Origin: Pseudomonadota bacterium
GTDB taxonomy: Bacteria; Pseudomonadota; Alphaproteobacteria; Rhizobiales; Methylopilaceae
Direction: 5' to 3'
DNA: 64,000 bases
Assembly: GCA_023388965.1 (NCBI GenBank)
Contig: JAEWFF010000015.1
Location: forward strand, 14,467-78,466
Numbering within the stretch: position 1 is the first letter of the stretch; each line of letters starts with the position of its first letter. Positions 39,692 through 52,600 of the stretch are shown here, piece by piece. The notes under the pieces were generated by a model. The model was not told where the DNA came from. It made no database searches and was given only the letters and a program-made list of their open reading frames with translations. Position numbers and translations under genes: made by a program.

Positions 39692-41485
39692 TCATGGACC
39701 CGGTGTCGCGGCGGGGTCCTGGAGATTGTTCAGGCGAGCGTAAAGGCCGCCCGGCCGGCTCGCAAGCGCCTCGTGGGTGCCTTCCTCGGCGACGCGGCCC
39801 TGTTGCATCACGATGATCTTGTCGGCGCGCACGATGGTGGAGAGCCGGTGGGCGATGACGACGACGGTGCGGCCGCTCATCGCCTCGTCGAGCGCCTTTT
39901 GCACCGCCTTTTCCGATTCGGTGTCGAGCGCCGAGGTCGCCTCGTCGAGCAGCAGGATCGGGGCGTTGCGAACCAGCGCGCGCGCGATGGAAAGCCGCTG
40001 GCGCTGGCCGCCGGAAAGCGTCACGCCGTTCTCGCCGACCAGCGTGTCGTAGCCCTGCGGCTGGGCGAGGATGAAGTCGTGCGCATAGGCATGGCGGGCG
40101 GCTGCCTCCACTTCGGCGTCGGTGGCGTCGGGCCGGCCATAGCGGATGTTGTCGCGGATCGTTCCCTCGAAGAGATAGGGCTGCTGCGAGACATAGGCGA
40201 TGGCGTTGCGCAGCGACTGCTTGGTGACATGGGCGATATCCTGCCCGTCGATGAGGATTTCGCCCGCCACGGGATCGTAGAAGCGCGGGATCAGGCTGAT
40301 GACGGTCGACTTGCCGGCCCCGGACGGGCCGACGAGCGCCGTCGTCCTGCCGCCCTCGGCGGTGAAGGTGACATCCTGGAGGATGTCCTCGCCCTCCAGA
40401 TAGCCGAAGCGCACGTCGCGGAAGCTGATCGCCGCCTCCGTCACCTCCAGCGGCCGGGCGTCGGGCAGGTCGGCCTGCCGCGGCTTGAGATCGAGGATCT
40501 CGTAGATCATGCGGGCGTTGACGACGGCGCGTTCGAGCGAGACCTGAAGGCGCGCCAGCCGCTTTGCCGGATCATAGGCCATCAGCAACGCGGTGACGAA
40601 GGAGAAGAAAGCGCCCGGCAGCACGCCGCCGTAGATGGAGCGGAAGGCCGCATAAGCGAGAACGCCGGCGATGGCGAAGCCGGCGAAGGTCTCGGTCATC
40701 GGCGCGGTGCGTTCGGAAAGCCGGGCGATGCGGTTGGAGCGGCCCTCCGCCCGGCTGATGATATCCTCGACCTTCTCCTTGAGCTGGGCCTCCATGGTGA
40801 AGGCCTTGACGATGGAGATGCCCTGGATCGTTTCCTGCATTGCGCCGAGCACATGGCTGTTGAGTTCGATCGATTCGCGGGTGGCGCTGCGCAGCCGCTT
40901 CGACACGTAGCGCAGGCCGAGAAGCAGCGGCGGCGCCAGCACGAAGACGATGAGGGTCAGCAGCCAGTCCTTCGAGATCATCACGCCGATCAGCGCGACG
41001 AGGGTGAGGAAATCGCGCGCGACCGAGGTGACGGTCATATTGAGGACGTCGCGGATGCCGGTGACGTTCTGGTTGATCTGGGCGGCAAGATAGGCCGAGC
41101 GCGATTCGCTGAAGAAGCCGACGCTGAGCGACATCAGGTGCGCATAGATGCGGCGCTGGTAGCGGGCCACGATATTGTTGCCGATGCGCGACAGGGTGAC
41201 CGCCTGGCCGTAGGTCGCAAAGCCGCGCAGCAGGAAGGCCAGGAAGATCGCGCCGCAGATGAGCAGCACGAGGTCGGCGCGCTTGTTGGCGAAGGCCTCG
41301 TTGACCACGGATTCCATGATCCAGGCGGCAAAGGCTGTCGTCCCCGCCACGACGGCGAGGCAGAGCGTGGCGAAGGCGTAGCCGCGGATATGGTCGCGGC
41401 CGTTTTCCGCGATGACGCGCCTGAGGACGGTGGTTACGGTGTCGGAGCTGACGTGATAGCGCTCCGTTCGACTCTTGTCGGTCAA
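39692..41485 (-). CDS. ABC exporter, fused permease/ATPase (MsbA-like)
   Basis: TM domain plus [23 protein letters not shown]. Confidence 0.92.
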   Translation of the reverse strand: MTDKSRTERYHVSSDTVTTVLRRVIAENGRDHIRGYAFATLCLAVVAGTTAFAAWIMESVVNEAFANKRADLVLLICGAIFLAFLLRGFATYGQAVTLSRIGNNIVARYQRRIYAHLMSLSVGFFSESRSAYLAAQINQNVTGIRDVLNMTVTSVARDFLTLVALIGVMISKDWLLTLIVFVLAPPLLLGLRYVSKRLRSATRESIELNSHVLGAMQETIQGISIVKAFTMEAQLKEKVEDIISRAEGRSNRIARLSERTAPMTETFAGFAIAGVLAYAAFRSIYGGVLPGAFFSFVTALLMAYDPAKRLARLQVSLERAVVNARMIYEILDLKPRQADLPDARPLEVTEAAISFRDVRFGYLEGEDILQDVTFTAEGGRTTALVGPSGAGKSTVISLIPRFYDPVAGEILIDGQDIAHVTKQSLRNAIAYVSQQPYLFEGTIRDNIRYGRPDATDAEVEAAARHAYAHDFILAQPQGYDTLVGENGVTLSGGQRQRLSIARALVRNAPILLLDEATSALDTESEKAVQKALDEAMSGRTVVVIAHRLSTIVRADKIIVMQQGRVAEEGTHEALASRPGGLYARLNNLQDPAATPGP

Positions 41486-41602
41486 TAAACTGACTTCCCT
41501 GCACGGATTCGTCGATTGCCGGCGTGCGCCGGCCCGGTGCGCTCTATAGGCCGTGCGCCGGTCTTTGGCGAGTCCGGGCTGCCTCGGACGACGCCCGGCA
41601 CG

Positions 41603-42628
41603 TCACCTTTTCCAATGGCGTCCCTCGGTTGCAACACCGAACCGGTCGGGCATGCGGGCGAAGGCGGCAAGGCCGACAAGGGCGGCGACCGGATGGGTCA
41701 CCACATAGGTGGGGATCGCGCCCAGAAGCGCCCGGTGCGGCGCCTTGTCCTCGAAGGCCGCGCGAAACTCCGGTCCGCGCAGCGCCGGCAGGATTTTCTG
41801 CGAGATGCCGCCGGCCAGATAGACGCCGCCTCGCGCCATGAAGATCATCGCCATATCGCCGGCGACGCGGCCGAGATAGGTGGAAAACAGCGAAAGCGTT
41901 TCGATTGCGGCGCGATCGTCCTGCGCCAGCGCCCGGGTCGTCACCTCGGCCGGCGTGGACAAGGGCGCATCGGCGCCGTCGGCGGCCGAGACGGCGCGGT
42001 AGATGTTCATGATGCCGCGCCCGGACAGAAGCTCTTCGCCGGCGATGCGGCCTTCGATCCGTTCGAGGAAGGGCCAGATCTCGTAGTCGCGCTCGCTGCG
42101 CGGGCCGACGTCCACATGCCCGCCTTCGCCGGGGACCGGTATCCAGCTGTGGCGCGCATAGACGAGGCCGGCGACCCCGAGGCCGGTGCCGGGGCCGAGC
42201 ACGGCGCGCGAGGCCGCCGGCCGCTCGACGCCGGGGCCGATCTGTTCGCGGTCGCCGTCGGGCAGCGAGGCGATCGCCAGCGCCTGCGCCTCGAAATCAT
42301 TGACGAGCAGCACGTCCTGAAAGCCGAGATTGGCGATCATCTCCCGCGGGCGCACCACCCAGGGGCAATTGGTGAGCGGCACCTCGTCCCCCTCGATCGG
42401 CCCGGCGAGCGCCAGGATCGCCGAACGCGGCTGGACCGAGGTCGTGTCGAGGATGCAGCGTTGCAGCGCCTCGTCGATATTGGCGAAATCGGCCGTCTTG
42501 ACGGGCGGAAACGGCCGCGGTTCGGCGAAGGCGTCGATCAGAAGCGCAAAGCGGGCGTTTGTCCCGCCGATGTCGCCGATCAGGATCGGAAAGGGAAGAT
42601 TGATGTCGTGATCGCTTGCCTGTGTCAT
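41603..42628 (-). CDS. glk: Glucokinase
   Basis: [27 protein letters not shown]. Confidence 0.95.
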   Translation of the reverse strand: MTQASDHDINLPFPILIGDIGGTNARFALLIDAFAEPRPFPPVKTADFANIDEALQRCILDTTSVQPRSAILALAGPIEGDEVPLTNCPWVVRPREMIANLGFQDVLLVNDFEAQALAIASLPDGDREQIGPGVERPAASRAVLGPGTGLGVAGLVYARHSWIPVPGEGGHVDVGPRSERDYEIWPFLERIEGRIAGEELLSGRGIMNIYRAVSAADGADAPLSTPAEVTTRALAQDDRAAIETLSLFSTYLGRVAGDMAMIFMARGGVYLAGGISQKILPALRGPEFRAAFEDKAPHRALLGAIPTYVVTHPVAALVGLAAFARMPDRFGVATEGRHWKR

Positions 42629-42685
42629 CGCCGCCCCGCTGTCGTAGTCATGCCGCTTCCGGCCTACCGACCACAGCCGCCGCCG

Positions 42686-43066
42686 TCAATCGCCGGGAGC
42701 GGCCAGAAGCCGCTCGGCGGTCGCCCGGGTCAGCGCCATCGGGATGTCGTAGACGATAGCGAGCCGCATCAGCGCCTTCACGTCCACATCGTGCGGCATG
42801 GGGGTGAGCGGGTCGACGAAGAAGATCAGGAGATCGACCTCACCCGTGGCGATCAGCGCGCCGATCTGCTGGTCGCCGCCGAGCGGGCCGCTCTTCAGCC
42901 GCGTCACGTCGAGACCGGGGCAGGCTTCCAGCACCCGGCTGCCCGTCGTGCCGGTGGCCACGATGCGCGCCCTGGAGAGTATAGCCTCGTTGCGCAAGGC
43001 GAAGGCCGCCATGTCGTCCTTCTTCTCGTCATGGGCGATGAGGGCGATGCATTTCCTGCGCGACAT
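42686..43066 (-). CDS. mgsA: Methylglyoxal synthase
   Basis: [30 protein letters not shown]. Confidence 0.96.
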   Translation of the reverse strand: MSRRKCIALIAHDEKKDDMAAFALRNEAILSRARIVATGTTGSRVLEACPGLDVTRLKSGPLGGDQQIGALIATGEVDLLIFFVDPLTPMPHDVDVKALMRLAIVYDIPMALTRATAERLLAAPGD

Positions 43067-43092
43067 GCGGGGTTCCTTGCCGATGGTACTCT

Positions 43093-43144
43093 TTTAGAGC
43101 CCCTGACAGAACCTTCGGGCGGAGGTTCTGTCAGGGGCTCTAAA
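43093..43144. repeat. REP-like perfect 22-bp inverted repeat
   Basis: TTTAGAGCCCCTGACAGAACCT-8 nt-AGGTTCTGTCAGGGGCTCTAAA. Confidence 0.88.
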
Positions 43145-43203
43145 TCGATTTGAACGATTTATACAGAAATGCCGGCCGGTTGAGAAGGACCGCCGCTGCC
43201 GGC

Positions 43204-44304
43204 CTATTGAAGCGGCCGGGGGGTCGGCATGGGCGGAACCGCCGGCAGTGTCGGAAAGCCGGCGGACATCGCAGCCCCGACCGTGGCCGGCCGGCCGGCG
43301 CCGCCGGAAAAGGCCAGCACCCGCGAAGGGCCGCCGCGATAGGTCGCCTCCAGTTCGGAGGCCGGCGAGGGGCCGGCGAGCACGGCGGCGCAGGCGCCGG
43401 GCAGATCGGCGAGGGTCACCACGCGCGGCTTGGCCGGCTTGGCCGGCTTGGTGTCCTTCTTCGGGGCGGGTTTCGCCCAGGGTTCCTTGGTGAACCACCA
43501 GGCGAGCGACTGGTCGCAGCCGTCGCCTGCCGGCACCGCGGCCTGCTGTTTGCAGCCGGCCGCGCCCTCGGGGCACTTGATGCGGATATGGAAATGCTCG
43601 TCATGGCCGTAGATCGGCCGCACCTTGCCGAGGTGGGTGCGATCGCCGCTCCAGGTGTCGCAGAGCTTCTTCTTGATCGCCGGATTGACGAAGACGCGCT
43701 CGACCTGCGGATAGCTTGCGGCCGTCATGACGAGACGGGCATGGGTCTCCGTCCAGCGTCGCGGATCGACCGTCAGGAACTTGCTCCTGTCGAGCATGGT
43801 GGTGAAGGGGAGCGTCTCGCGCTCCGCCACGGAAAGCCTGCGCTCCGGCATCGGCGTGAACCAGACGTCGGCGTCGAGGCCGACCTGATGCGAGGCGTGG
43901 CCGTTGAGCATCGGCCCGCCGCGCGGCTGCGAGATATCGCCGAGCAGCAGCCCGGGCCAGCCGATGGCGCGGGCGTCCTGCGAAAAGCGTTCGAGCAGCG
44001 CGAGCATCTCGGGATGGCCCCAGCGGCGGTTGCGCGACAGCCGCATGGCCTGCCACGCGGGGCCGTCTGCGGGAATGGCCATCGCCCCGGCGATGCAGCC
44101 TTTCGCATAGGAGCCGTAGGGTTGCGCGTCCATGCGGGCGGGCAGCCGCTTGGCGCCGAACAGCGTCTTGGCCGCCGTTTCATCGGCCAGGGCCGGATGG
44201 GCGAGCGCGGCAAGCGCGAGCCCGGCGGCGAGGAGGCGGAAGGCGAGACGGGAGAAGAAGGGTTGCAAGGGCGCTGTCCGGTCTGAAAACGAAATCGTTG
44301 CCAA
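43204..44304 (-). CDS. mepA: Penicillin-insensitive murein endopeptidase
   Basis: GSYAKGC, RNRRWGHP, GHASHQVGLDADVW, GHDEHFHIR. Confidence 0.93.
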   Translation of the reverse strand: MATISFSDRTAPLQPFFSRLAFRLLAAGLALAALAHPALADETAAKTLFGAKRLPARMDAQPYGSYAKGCIAGAMAIPADGPAWQAMRLSRNRRWGHPEMLALLERFSQDARAIGWPGLLLGDISQPRGGPMLNGHASHQVGLDADVWFTPMPERRLSVAERETLPFTTMLDRSKFLTVDPRRWTETHARLVMTAASYPQVERVFVNPAIKKKLCDTWSGDRTHLGKVRPIYGHDEHFHIRIKCPEGAAGCKQQAAVPAGDGCDQSLAWWFTKEPWAKPAPKKDTKPAKPAKPRVVTLADLPGACAAVLAGPSPASELEATYRGGPSRVLAFSGGAGRPATVGAAMSAGFPTLPAVPPMPTPRPLQ

Positions 44305-44454
44305 AGGCTAAACGACCATCCTTTCGAGGAGGTGAATGGTAGCGCCGAAAAGAGCGGCAAAAAACGGCCGCTTTGAGGACGGACTGTCATTTGCCCGCAT
44401 TTTGCCTATTCTCCCGGTAAGATTCGGGGACGCCCGCACGAAAGGAAATCCGGA

Positions 44455-46311
44455 ATGAAGATACCGCAGGCAGGACCGGCGACGAGGATCGCGATGATGG
44501 CGCTGGCTCTTTCGCTGGTTCTTTCCGGAGGGGCGGGAGCCGAGGACGCGCGCACGCCGCAATGGCGCAACGGCGTTGCGACCGCCGGCGACCTGAAGCA
44601 TCCGGACGGGTTCGCGCATTTCGACTACGTCAACCCCGATGCGCCGAAGGGAGGCGAACTGAGGCTTTCCGCCCTCGGCACCTTCGATACGTTCAATCCG
44701 CTTCTGGCGCGGGGCGAGGCGGCAAGCGGCCTCAGTCTCGTCTTCGACACGCTGATGCAGCCGGCGGAAGACGAGATCACGGCCTCCTATGGTCTGCTTG
44801 CCGAGGCGGTTTCCTATCCCGACGATATTTCACAGGCCACCTTCCGCCTGCGCGCCGAGGCGAAATGGGCCGATGGCGCGCCCGTGACTCCGGAAGACGT
44901 CGTCTACAGTTTCGAGAAGGCGAAGGAACTCAATCCGCTTTACACCAGCTATTATCAGCATGTGGTTTCGGCGGAGGCCTCCGGCGAGCGCGACGTCACC
45001 TTCCGCTTCGACGAGAAGAACAATCGGGAACTGCCGCAGATCCTCGGCCAGTTCCCGGTCATGCCGAAGCACTGGTGGGAGGGCGAGGACGGGAAGGGCG
45101 TAAAGCGGGATATCGGCCGCACGACGCTGGAGCCCGTCATGGGCTCGGGTCCCTATCGCATCGCCAGCTTCCAGGCCGGCTCCACGGTGCGCTACGAATT
45201 GCGTGACGATTATTGGGGCAAGGACGTCAACGTCAACATCGGCCGCAACAATTTCGGCGTGATCAGCTATGCGTTCTTTGGCGACCGCAACGTCGAATTC
45301 GAAGCCTTCCGGGCCGGCAACGTCGATTTCTTCCAGGACAACAGCGCCAGCCACTGGGCGACGGCCTACGACTTTCCGGCCATGAAGGACGGCCGCGTGC
45401 TGCGCGAGGAAATCGAGAATCCGCTGCGCGCCACCGGCATCATGCAGGCCTTCGTGCCCAATCTGCGGCGCGAGAAGTTCCAGGACCAGCGGGTGCGCGA
45501 GGCGCTGAACTACGCTTTCGATTTCGAGGATCTGAACCGTAACCTCGCCTATAACGCCTTCGAGCGTGTCGACAGCTATTTCTGGGGCACCGAGCTTGCC
45601 TCCTCCGGCCTGCCGGAAGGTCGCGAGAAGGAAATCCTGGAGGCCTTGAAGGACAAGGTCCCGCCAGCCGTCTTCACGACGCCCTATACCAATCCCGTGG
45701 CCGGCGATCCGCAGAAGGCGCGCGGGAACCTGCGGCAGGCGCTCACGCTCTTCCAGGAGGCCGGCTACGAACTGAAGGGCAACCGGCTGGTGAACGCCAA
45801 GACCGGCGACCCCTTCGGCATCGAGATCCTGCTGTCCAATCCGTCTTTCGAGCGAACGGTCACGCCCTTCGTCAACAGCCTGAAGAAGATCGGCGTCGAC
45901 GCCCGCATCCGCACGGTCGACGCCTCGCAATATACCAATCGCCTCAGAAGCTTCGATTACGACATGATCTACGGCATCTGGGCGCAGACGCTGGTTCCCG
46001 GCAACGAGCAGATCGATTACTGGGGCTCGGCCTCTGTCGATCGCGAAGGCTCCAAGAACTATGCCGGCATTTCGGATCCGGCGATCGACGAGCTGATCCG
46101 GAAGATCATCTTCGCGCCGGACCGCGAGGAACTGGTGGCCGCCACCCGCGCGCTCGACCGGGTGTTGCTGGCGCATCATTATGTCGTGCCGCTGTTTTAT
46201 TCCAGGGCGGTGCGGATCGCCTATTGGAAACGTCTCGTCCGTCCGCAGGAACTGCCCTATTACGGCCTCGGCTTCCCCGACCTGTGGTGGTCGGCAGATG
46301 CCGGCAAGTGA
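44455..46311 (+). CDS. yejA: ABC peptide-binding protein (YejA-like)
   Basis: HFDYVNPDAPKGG, family 5 solute-binding protein, first gene of the operon. Confidence 0.88.
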   Translation: MKIPQAGPATRIAMMALALSLVLSGGAGAEDARTPQWRNGVATAGDLKHPDGFAHFDYVNPDAPKGGELRLSALGTFDTFNPLLARGEAASGLSLVFDTLMQPAEDEITASYGLLAEAVSYPDDISQATFRLRAEAKWADGAPVTPEDVVYSFEKAKELNPLYTSYYQHVVSAEASGERDVTFRFDEKNNRELPQILGQFPVMPKHWWEGEDGKGVKRDIGRTTLEPVMGSGPYRIASFQAGSTVRYELRDDYWGKDVNVNIGRNNFGVISYAFFGDRNVEFEAFRAGNVDFFQDNSASHWATAYDFPAMKDGRVLREEIENPLRATGIMQAFVPNLRREKFQDQRVREALNYAFDFEDLNRNLAYNAFERVDSYFWGTELASSGLPEGREKEILEALKDKVPPAVFTTPYTNPVAGDPQKARGNLRQALTLFQEAGYELKGNRLVNAKTGDPFGIEILLSNPSFERTVTPFVNSLKKIGVDARIRTVDASQYTNRLRSFDYDMIYGIWAQTLVPGNEQIDYWGSASVDREGSKNYAGISDPAIDELIRKIIFAPDREELVAATRALDRVLLAHHYVVPLFYSRAVRIAYWKRLVRPQELPYYGLGFPDLWWSADAGK

Positions 46312-46495
46312 GCGGGGACTTGCGCGCAACCGCGTCCTCGGCTCCATATAGCAGGGACGAATCATCATCGCCGCCGCGCTGTCGCGCGGCCGGCAGAGCG
46401 GAAGGAAAAGGCTTGAGCGGCTGGATATCGAAGCGGAGCGCCCCAGGGCGGTCAACCGAAGCGAACCGGCATGTCTTGCGGGCGGGACGCCGCTG

Positions 46496-47572
46496 ATGGG
46501 CGCCTATATCCTGCGCCGCCTCCTGCTGATGATCCCGACCATTCTCGGGATCATGGCGATTTCCTTCACGATCGTCCAGTTCGCGCCGGGCGGGCCGGTG
46601 GAACAGGTGATCTCGGATCTCACCAATCAGGGGGCGGGCGACCGGCTGTCCGGCGGCGGCGATCTTCTGGCCGCCGGCGGTGACGAAGGGACCTATCGCG
46701 GCGCGCGCGGCCTCGATCCCGAATTCATCGCCAAGCTGGAAAAGCAGTTCGGTTTCGACAAGCCGCCGCTCGAACGCTTCGGCATCATGATGTGGGACTA
46801 TCTCCGCTTCGACTTCGGCGAGAGCTTCTTCCGCAACATCTCGGTCGTGGACCTGATCGCCCAGAAGATGCCGGTCTCCATCTCGCTCGGCGTCTGGATC
46901 CTCGTCCTCTCCTATGCGATCTCCATTCCGCTCGGCATCCGCAAGGCGGTGAAGGACGGCTCGTCCTTCGACATGTGGACCTCGGGTATCATCATCGTCG
47001 GCTACGCCGTGCCGAGCTTCCTCTTCGGCATCCTGCTGATCGTGCTTTTCGCCGGCGGCTCCTTTTTCGACTGGTTCCCGTTGCGCGGTATCGTCTCGGA
47101 CAATTTCTCCAGCCTTGCCTGGTGGCAGAAGCCGCTCGACTATATGTGGCACATGACGCTGCCGCTGATCACCTTGCTGCTCTCGGCGTTTGCGACGACG
47201 ACGCTGCTGACGAAGAATTCCTTCATCGACGAGATCAAGAAGCAATATGTGACGACGGCGCGCGCCAAGGGACTGACCGAGCGGCAGGTGCTCTACGGCC
47301 ATGTCTTCCGCAACGCCATGCTGATCATCATCGCCGGTTTTCCCGGTGCTTTCATTTCGGCCTTCTTCACCGGATCGCTGCTGATCGAATATATCTTCTC
47401 GCTCGATGGCCTCGGCCGCCTCGGTTACGATTCCATCGTGCGGCGCGACTATCCGATCGTCTTCGCGACGCTTTATATCTTCTCGCTGATGGGTCTCGTC
47501 GTCAGCCTCATTTCCGATCTCATCTATACCTGGGTCGATCCGCGCATCGATTTCGAGCGAAGGGACGTGTGA
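46496..47572 (+). CDS. yejB: ABC permease YejB
   Basis: [29 protein letters not shown]. Confidence 0.92.
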   Translation: MGAYILRRLLLMIPTILGIMAISFTIVQFAPGGPVEQVISDLTNQGAGDRLSGGGDLLAAGGDEGTYRGARGLDPEFIAKLEKQFGFDKPPLERFGIMMWDYLRFDFGESFFRNISVVDLIAQKMPVSISLGVWILVLSYAISIPLGIRKAVKDGSSFDMWTSGIIIVGYAVPSFLFGILLIVLFAGGSFFDWFPLRGIVSDNFSSLAWWQKPLDYMWHMTLPLITLLLSAFATTTLLTKNSFIDEIKKQYVTTARAKGLTERQVLYGHVFRNAMLIIIAGFPGAFISAFFTGSLLIEYIFSLDGLGRLGYDSIVRRDYPIVFATLYIFSLMGLVVSLISDLIYTWVDPRIDFERRDV

Positions 47573-48707
47573 TGAGCGCCGTCGCCCGCCTCGAACCCGC
47601 CGCCGCGCCCCGGAAGGGCCGGTTGTCGCCGACCAACCGGCGGCGCTGGGAGAATTTCAAGGCGAACCGGCGCGGCTACTGGTCGCTCTGGATCTTCCTT
47701 GTCCTGTTCGTGCTCAGCCTCTTCGCCGGATTTGTCGCTAACGACCGGCCGATCATCGCCTCCTACAAGGGCGAGCTGCTTTTCCCCGTCGTCATCGATT
47801 ATCCGGAAGAAAAATTCGGCGGCTTCCTGGCGGAGACGGATTATCGCTCCGATTTCATCCAGGACGAGATCGACGCCCACGGCTGGACGGTCTGGCCGCC
47901 GATCCGCTATTCCTACCGCACCACCAATTCCAATATCCCCCATTCCGCACCCACCCGGCCCTTCTGGCTGATGTCCGGGGAGGAGCGCTGCGCCGGTTAT
48001 CCGCAAGGGGCCGCCGATCCGGCCTGCAACTGGAGCAACCTCAACTGGCTGGGAACCGACGATCAGGCGCGCGACGTGCTGGCGCGCGGCATCTACGGCT
48101 TCCGCATCTCCGTATTGTTCGGCCTCGCGCTCACCATCGCCTCGGCCGTCGTCGGGGTCACGGCGGGGGCGGTGCAGGGGTATTTCGGCGGCTGGACCGA
48201 TCTTTTGATGCAGCGTTTCATCGAAATCTGGTCGTCGATGCCGGTGCTCTACATCCTCCTGATCATCGCCGCCATCCTGCCGCCCGGCTTCTGGATCCTG
48301 CTCGGCATCATGCTGCTCTTTTCCTGGGTCGGCTTCGTCGGCGTGGTGCGGGCGGAGTTCCTGCGCGCCCGTAATTTCGAATATGTGCGGGCGGCCCGCG
48401 CGCTCGGGGTCGGCAATGGCACGATCATGTACCGCCACCTTCTGCCCAACGCCATGGTGGCGACACTGACCTTCCTTCCCTTCATCCTCTCCGGCTCGAT
48501 CACCACGCTCACCTCGCTCGACTTTCTCGGCTTCGGCATGCCGCCGGGCTCGCCCTCGCTCGGGGAACTGATCGCCCAGGGCAAGGAGAACCTTCAGGCC
48601 CCCTGGCTGGGGCTTACCGCCTTCGTCATCATGTCGCTGATGCTGTCGCTCCTGATCTTCGTCGGCGAGGCGACGCGGGACGCCTTCGATCCGCGCAAGA
48701 CCTTCCG

Positions 48708-48711
<4 letters not shown>
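47572..48711 (+). CDS. yejE: ABC permease YejE
   Basis: FKANRRGYWSL, LGTDDQARDV, RAEFLRARN; start corrected to 47572. Confidence 0.9.
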
Positions 48712-50348
<1,637 letters not shown>

Positions 50349-50357
50349 GAACAGGAC

Positions 50358-51317
50358 GTGCAGAGGAAAAGCCCGGTCATCATCGATCTGAAATTCGATC
50401 CGCAGCAGGTGGCGGCCGCCCTCAAGGGGGCATTCGCGGACCGTGAGGTCATCAACCTCCTCCATCCGGCCAACCGCAACCGCGATCTGTCGGATGTCGA
50501 TTATGCGGTAGTCTGGAAGCCGGGCGCCGATCTCTTTTCCCGCGCGCGCAATCTCAAGGCGGTCTTCTCCGGCGGGGCCGGCGTCGATCACGTGCTGTCG
50601 CTGCCCGGACTTCCGGATGCGCCGCTGGTGCGCTTCGTCGACCGCTCGCTCGCCACGCGCATGAGCGAGTGGGTGGCGATGCAGTGCCTTCTGCACCTGC
50701 GCCAGCATCTGGCCTACGAGGCCCAGCGCCGCCAGCGTATCTGGCGGGAGTTGGTCCAGCCGGAGGCGCGGGAGATCACCGTCGGCGTGATGGGTTTCGG
50801 CGTGCTCGGCCAGGATGCGGCCGTCAAGCTGAAGGCCCTCGGTTTCAACGTCATCGGCTGGTCGAGAAGCCGCAAGCAGGTGGAGGGTTTCGAGACCTAC
50901 GACGCCGGCGGGTTCGACGCCTTCCTTGCAAGGACTGACTTCCTCGTCGGCCTGCTGCCGCTGACCGCGGAGACTACGGGCATCTATAATACCGGCCTGT
51001 TCTCGCGGCTCTCCCGCAAGGGCCCCTTTGGCGCGCCGGTCTTCATCAATGCGGGTCGCGGCGGCAGCCAGATCGAAGCGGATATCGTCGCCAGCCTCGC
51101 CGACGGCACATTGCACGGCGCGTCGCTCGACGTCTTCGAGCAGGAGCCCCTGCCGCTCGAAAGTCCGCTCTGGTCGATGGAAAAGGTGTTCATCACCCCG
51201 CACGCCTCCGCCGCCTCGGACGTGAAGGCGCTGGTGGCCCATGTCGAGCGGCAGATCGCGCGTTTCGAGCGGGGCGAGCCGTTCGAGTTCCTGGTGGACC
51301 GCGCTTCCGGCTACTGA
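50358..51317 (+). CDS. Glyoxylate/hydroxypyruvate reductase A-like dehydrogenase
   Basis: GAGVDH, GFGVLG, LDVFEQEPLP, TPH. Confidence 0.9.
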   Translation: MQRKSPVIIDLKFDPQQVAAALKGAFADREVINLLHPANRNRDLSDVDYAVVWKPGADLFSRARNLKAVFSGGAGVDHVLSLPGLPDAPLVRFVDRSLATRMSEWVAMQCLLHLRQHLAYEAQRRQRIWRELVQPEAREITVGVMGFGVLGQDAAVKLKALGFNVIGWSRSRKQVEGFETYDAGGFDAFLARTDFLVGLLPLTAETTGIYNTGLFSRLSRKGPFGAPVFINAGRGGSQIEADIVASLADGTLHGASLDVFEQEPLPLESPLWSMEKVFITPHASAASDVKALVAHVERQIARFERGEPFEFLVDRASGY

Positions 51318-51325
51318 GCGATCCG

Positions 51326-52180
51326 TCAGGGACGGCGCAAGCCGGTCGGCTGCTGGTAAAGCCAGCCGATGCGGCGGATCGCCTCCTCCAGACCTTCCCG
51401 CGCGACGTTCATCGTATGGCCGTTGGCGTGCAGGATCGTCCGCTCGTCCTCCATGATGGCGACATGGCCCCGCCAGAAGACGAGGTCGCCGCGCCGCAAG
51501 GCTTCCCGTTCGATCGGGACGCCGAGGCCGGCCGCCTGCATGTCGGAATCGCGCGGCGCCTTGCGACCGGCCATCATCATCGAAAGCTGCACGAGACCGG
51601 AGCAATCGATGCCGAAACCGGAGCGGCCGCCCCACAGATAGGGGGTTTCGAGAAACCGCGCTGCGGTGGCGACATAATCGTCGTCCGGCGGCTCGCCAAT
51701 GGCGATGCAATGGGCGGCCACCACGGACTGGCCGCCGGAGAGCGTCAGGTAACGGGTGCCGCGCATTTCGCTTTCTCCGGAAATCGTAAGCCGGCTACCC
51801 ATCGAGAGCGTAAAGGCCGCCGGCGTCTTCAGGTCGTTTCCGGTATAGGCGAAGGTTCGCGGTGCGGCGACGATATGGGTGGCCGGCCCGCCGGTTTCGC
51901 GCAGCGCGGTTTCCGGCAGATAGCCGACATAGCCGTCGGCGTCCGCCTTCACCCAGGCCCAGCCTTCCGCACGGTCGAACAGGCGAACCGTTTCACCGAA
52001 CAGCAGCTGCGTGTCGATGCCGGCGGTCTCATCCGGCCGTGGACGCAGCGCCGCGACCGGAACGGCGACAGCGGCGGGCGTTCCCTCCACATAGCGTTCG
52101 GCGGCGACGATGCCGGCAAGACCGGCTTCGGCGAGATCGGGTCGGTAAGCGTTCAGGCGGCGGTCCGGAAGGACGGTCAT
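51326..52180 (-). CDS. SH3 + NlpC/P60 (C40) peptidase
   Basis: PYLWGG..GIDCSGL..GHV..HAN. Confidence 0.92.
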   Translation of the reverse strand: MTVLPDRRLNAYRPDLAEAGLAGIVAAERYVEGTPAAVAVPVAALRPRPDETAGIDTQLLFGETVRLFDRAEGWAWVKADADGYVGYLPETALRETGGPATHIVAAPRTFAYTGNDLKTPAAFTLSMGSRLTISGESEMRGTRYLTLSGGQSVVAAHCIAIGEPPDDDYVATAARFLETPYLWGGRSGFGIDCSGLVQLSMMMAGRKAPRDSDMQAAGLGVPIEREALRRGDLVFWRGHVAIMEDERTILHANGHTMNVAREGLEEAIRRIGWLYQQPTGLRRP

Positions 52181-52189
52181 GGCGGTCTT

Positions 52190-52537
52190 CTAATCCAGCT
52201 TGCGGCCGGAGGCGATGACGAGATCGCCCAGCCGTTCGAGATAAAGCGCGCCGTCGACCGTGCGGCGGATGACGACATTGCGGCGGTCGCGCTCGTCGCG
52301 GACGCGCGTCACCAGCCCCATCTCTCCCATCGTGTCGAGCGCACGGGTGATCACCGGCTTGGTCACGCCGAGCGTGGCGGCCAGCCCCCGCACCGTATGC
52401 GGCGGCGGCACAAGGTAGATTTCCATCAGGATGGCGAACTGGCGCATGGTGAGATCGCGCCGGTCCTGACGCACCGTTTCCAGCATCACTGCATGCCAGA
52501 GGCCGAGCGCCTGCGATGGGGTCATGTCGAGCGGCAC
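52190..52537 (-). CDS. MarR-family transcriptional regulator
   Basis: TVRGLAATLGVTKPVITRALD, DERDRR. Confidence 0.88.
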   Translation of the reverse strand: MPLDMTPSQALGLWHAVMLETVRQDRRDLTMRQFAILMEIYLVPPPHTVRGLAATLGVTKPVITRALDTMGEMGLVTRVRDERDRRNVVIRRTVDGALYLERLGDLVIASGRKLD

Positions 52538-52600
52538 GGGGCCTCCGGCGCGAATGGGTTTTCGTTACGCTACCGTATCGGTTCCCGGAAGAAAAGGGTT

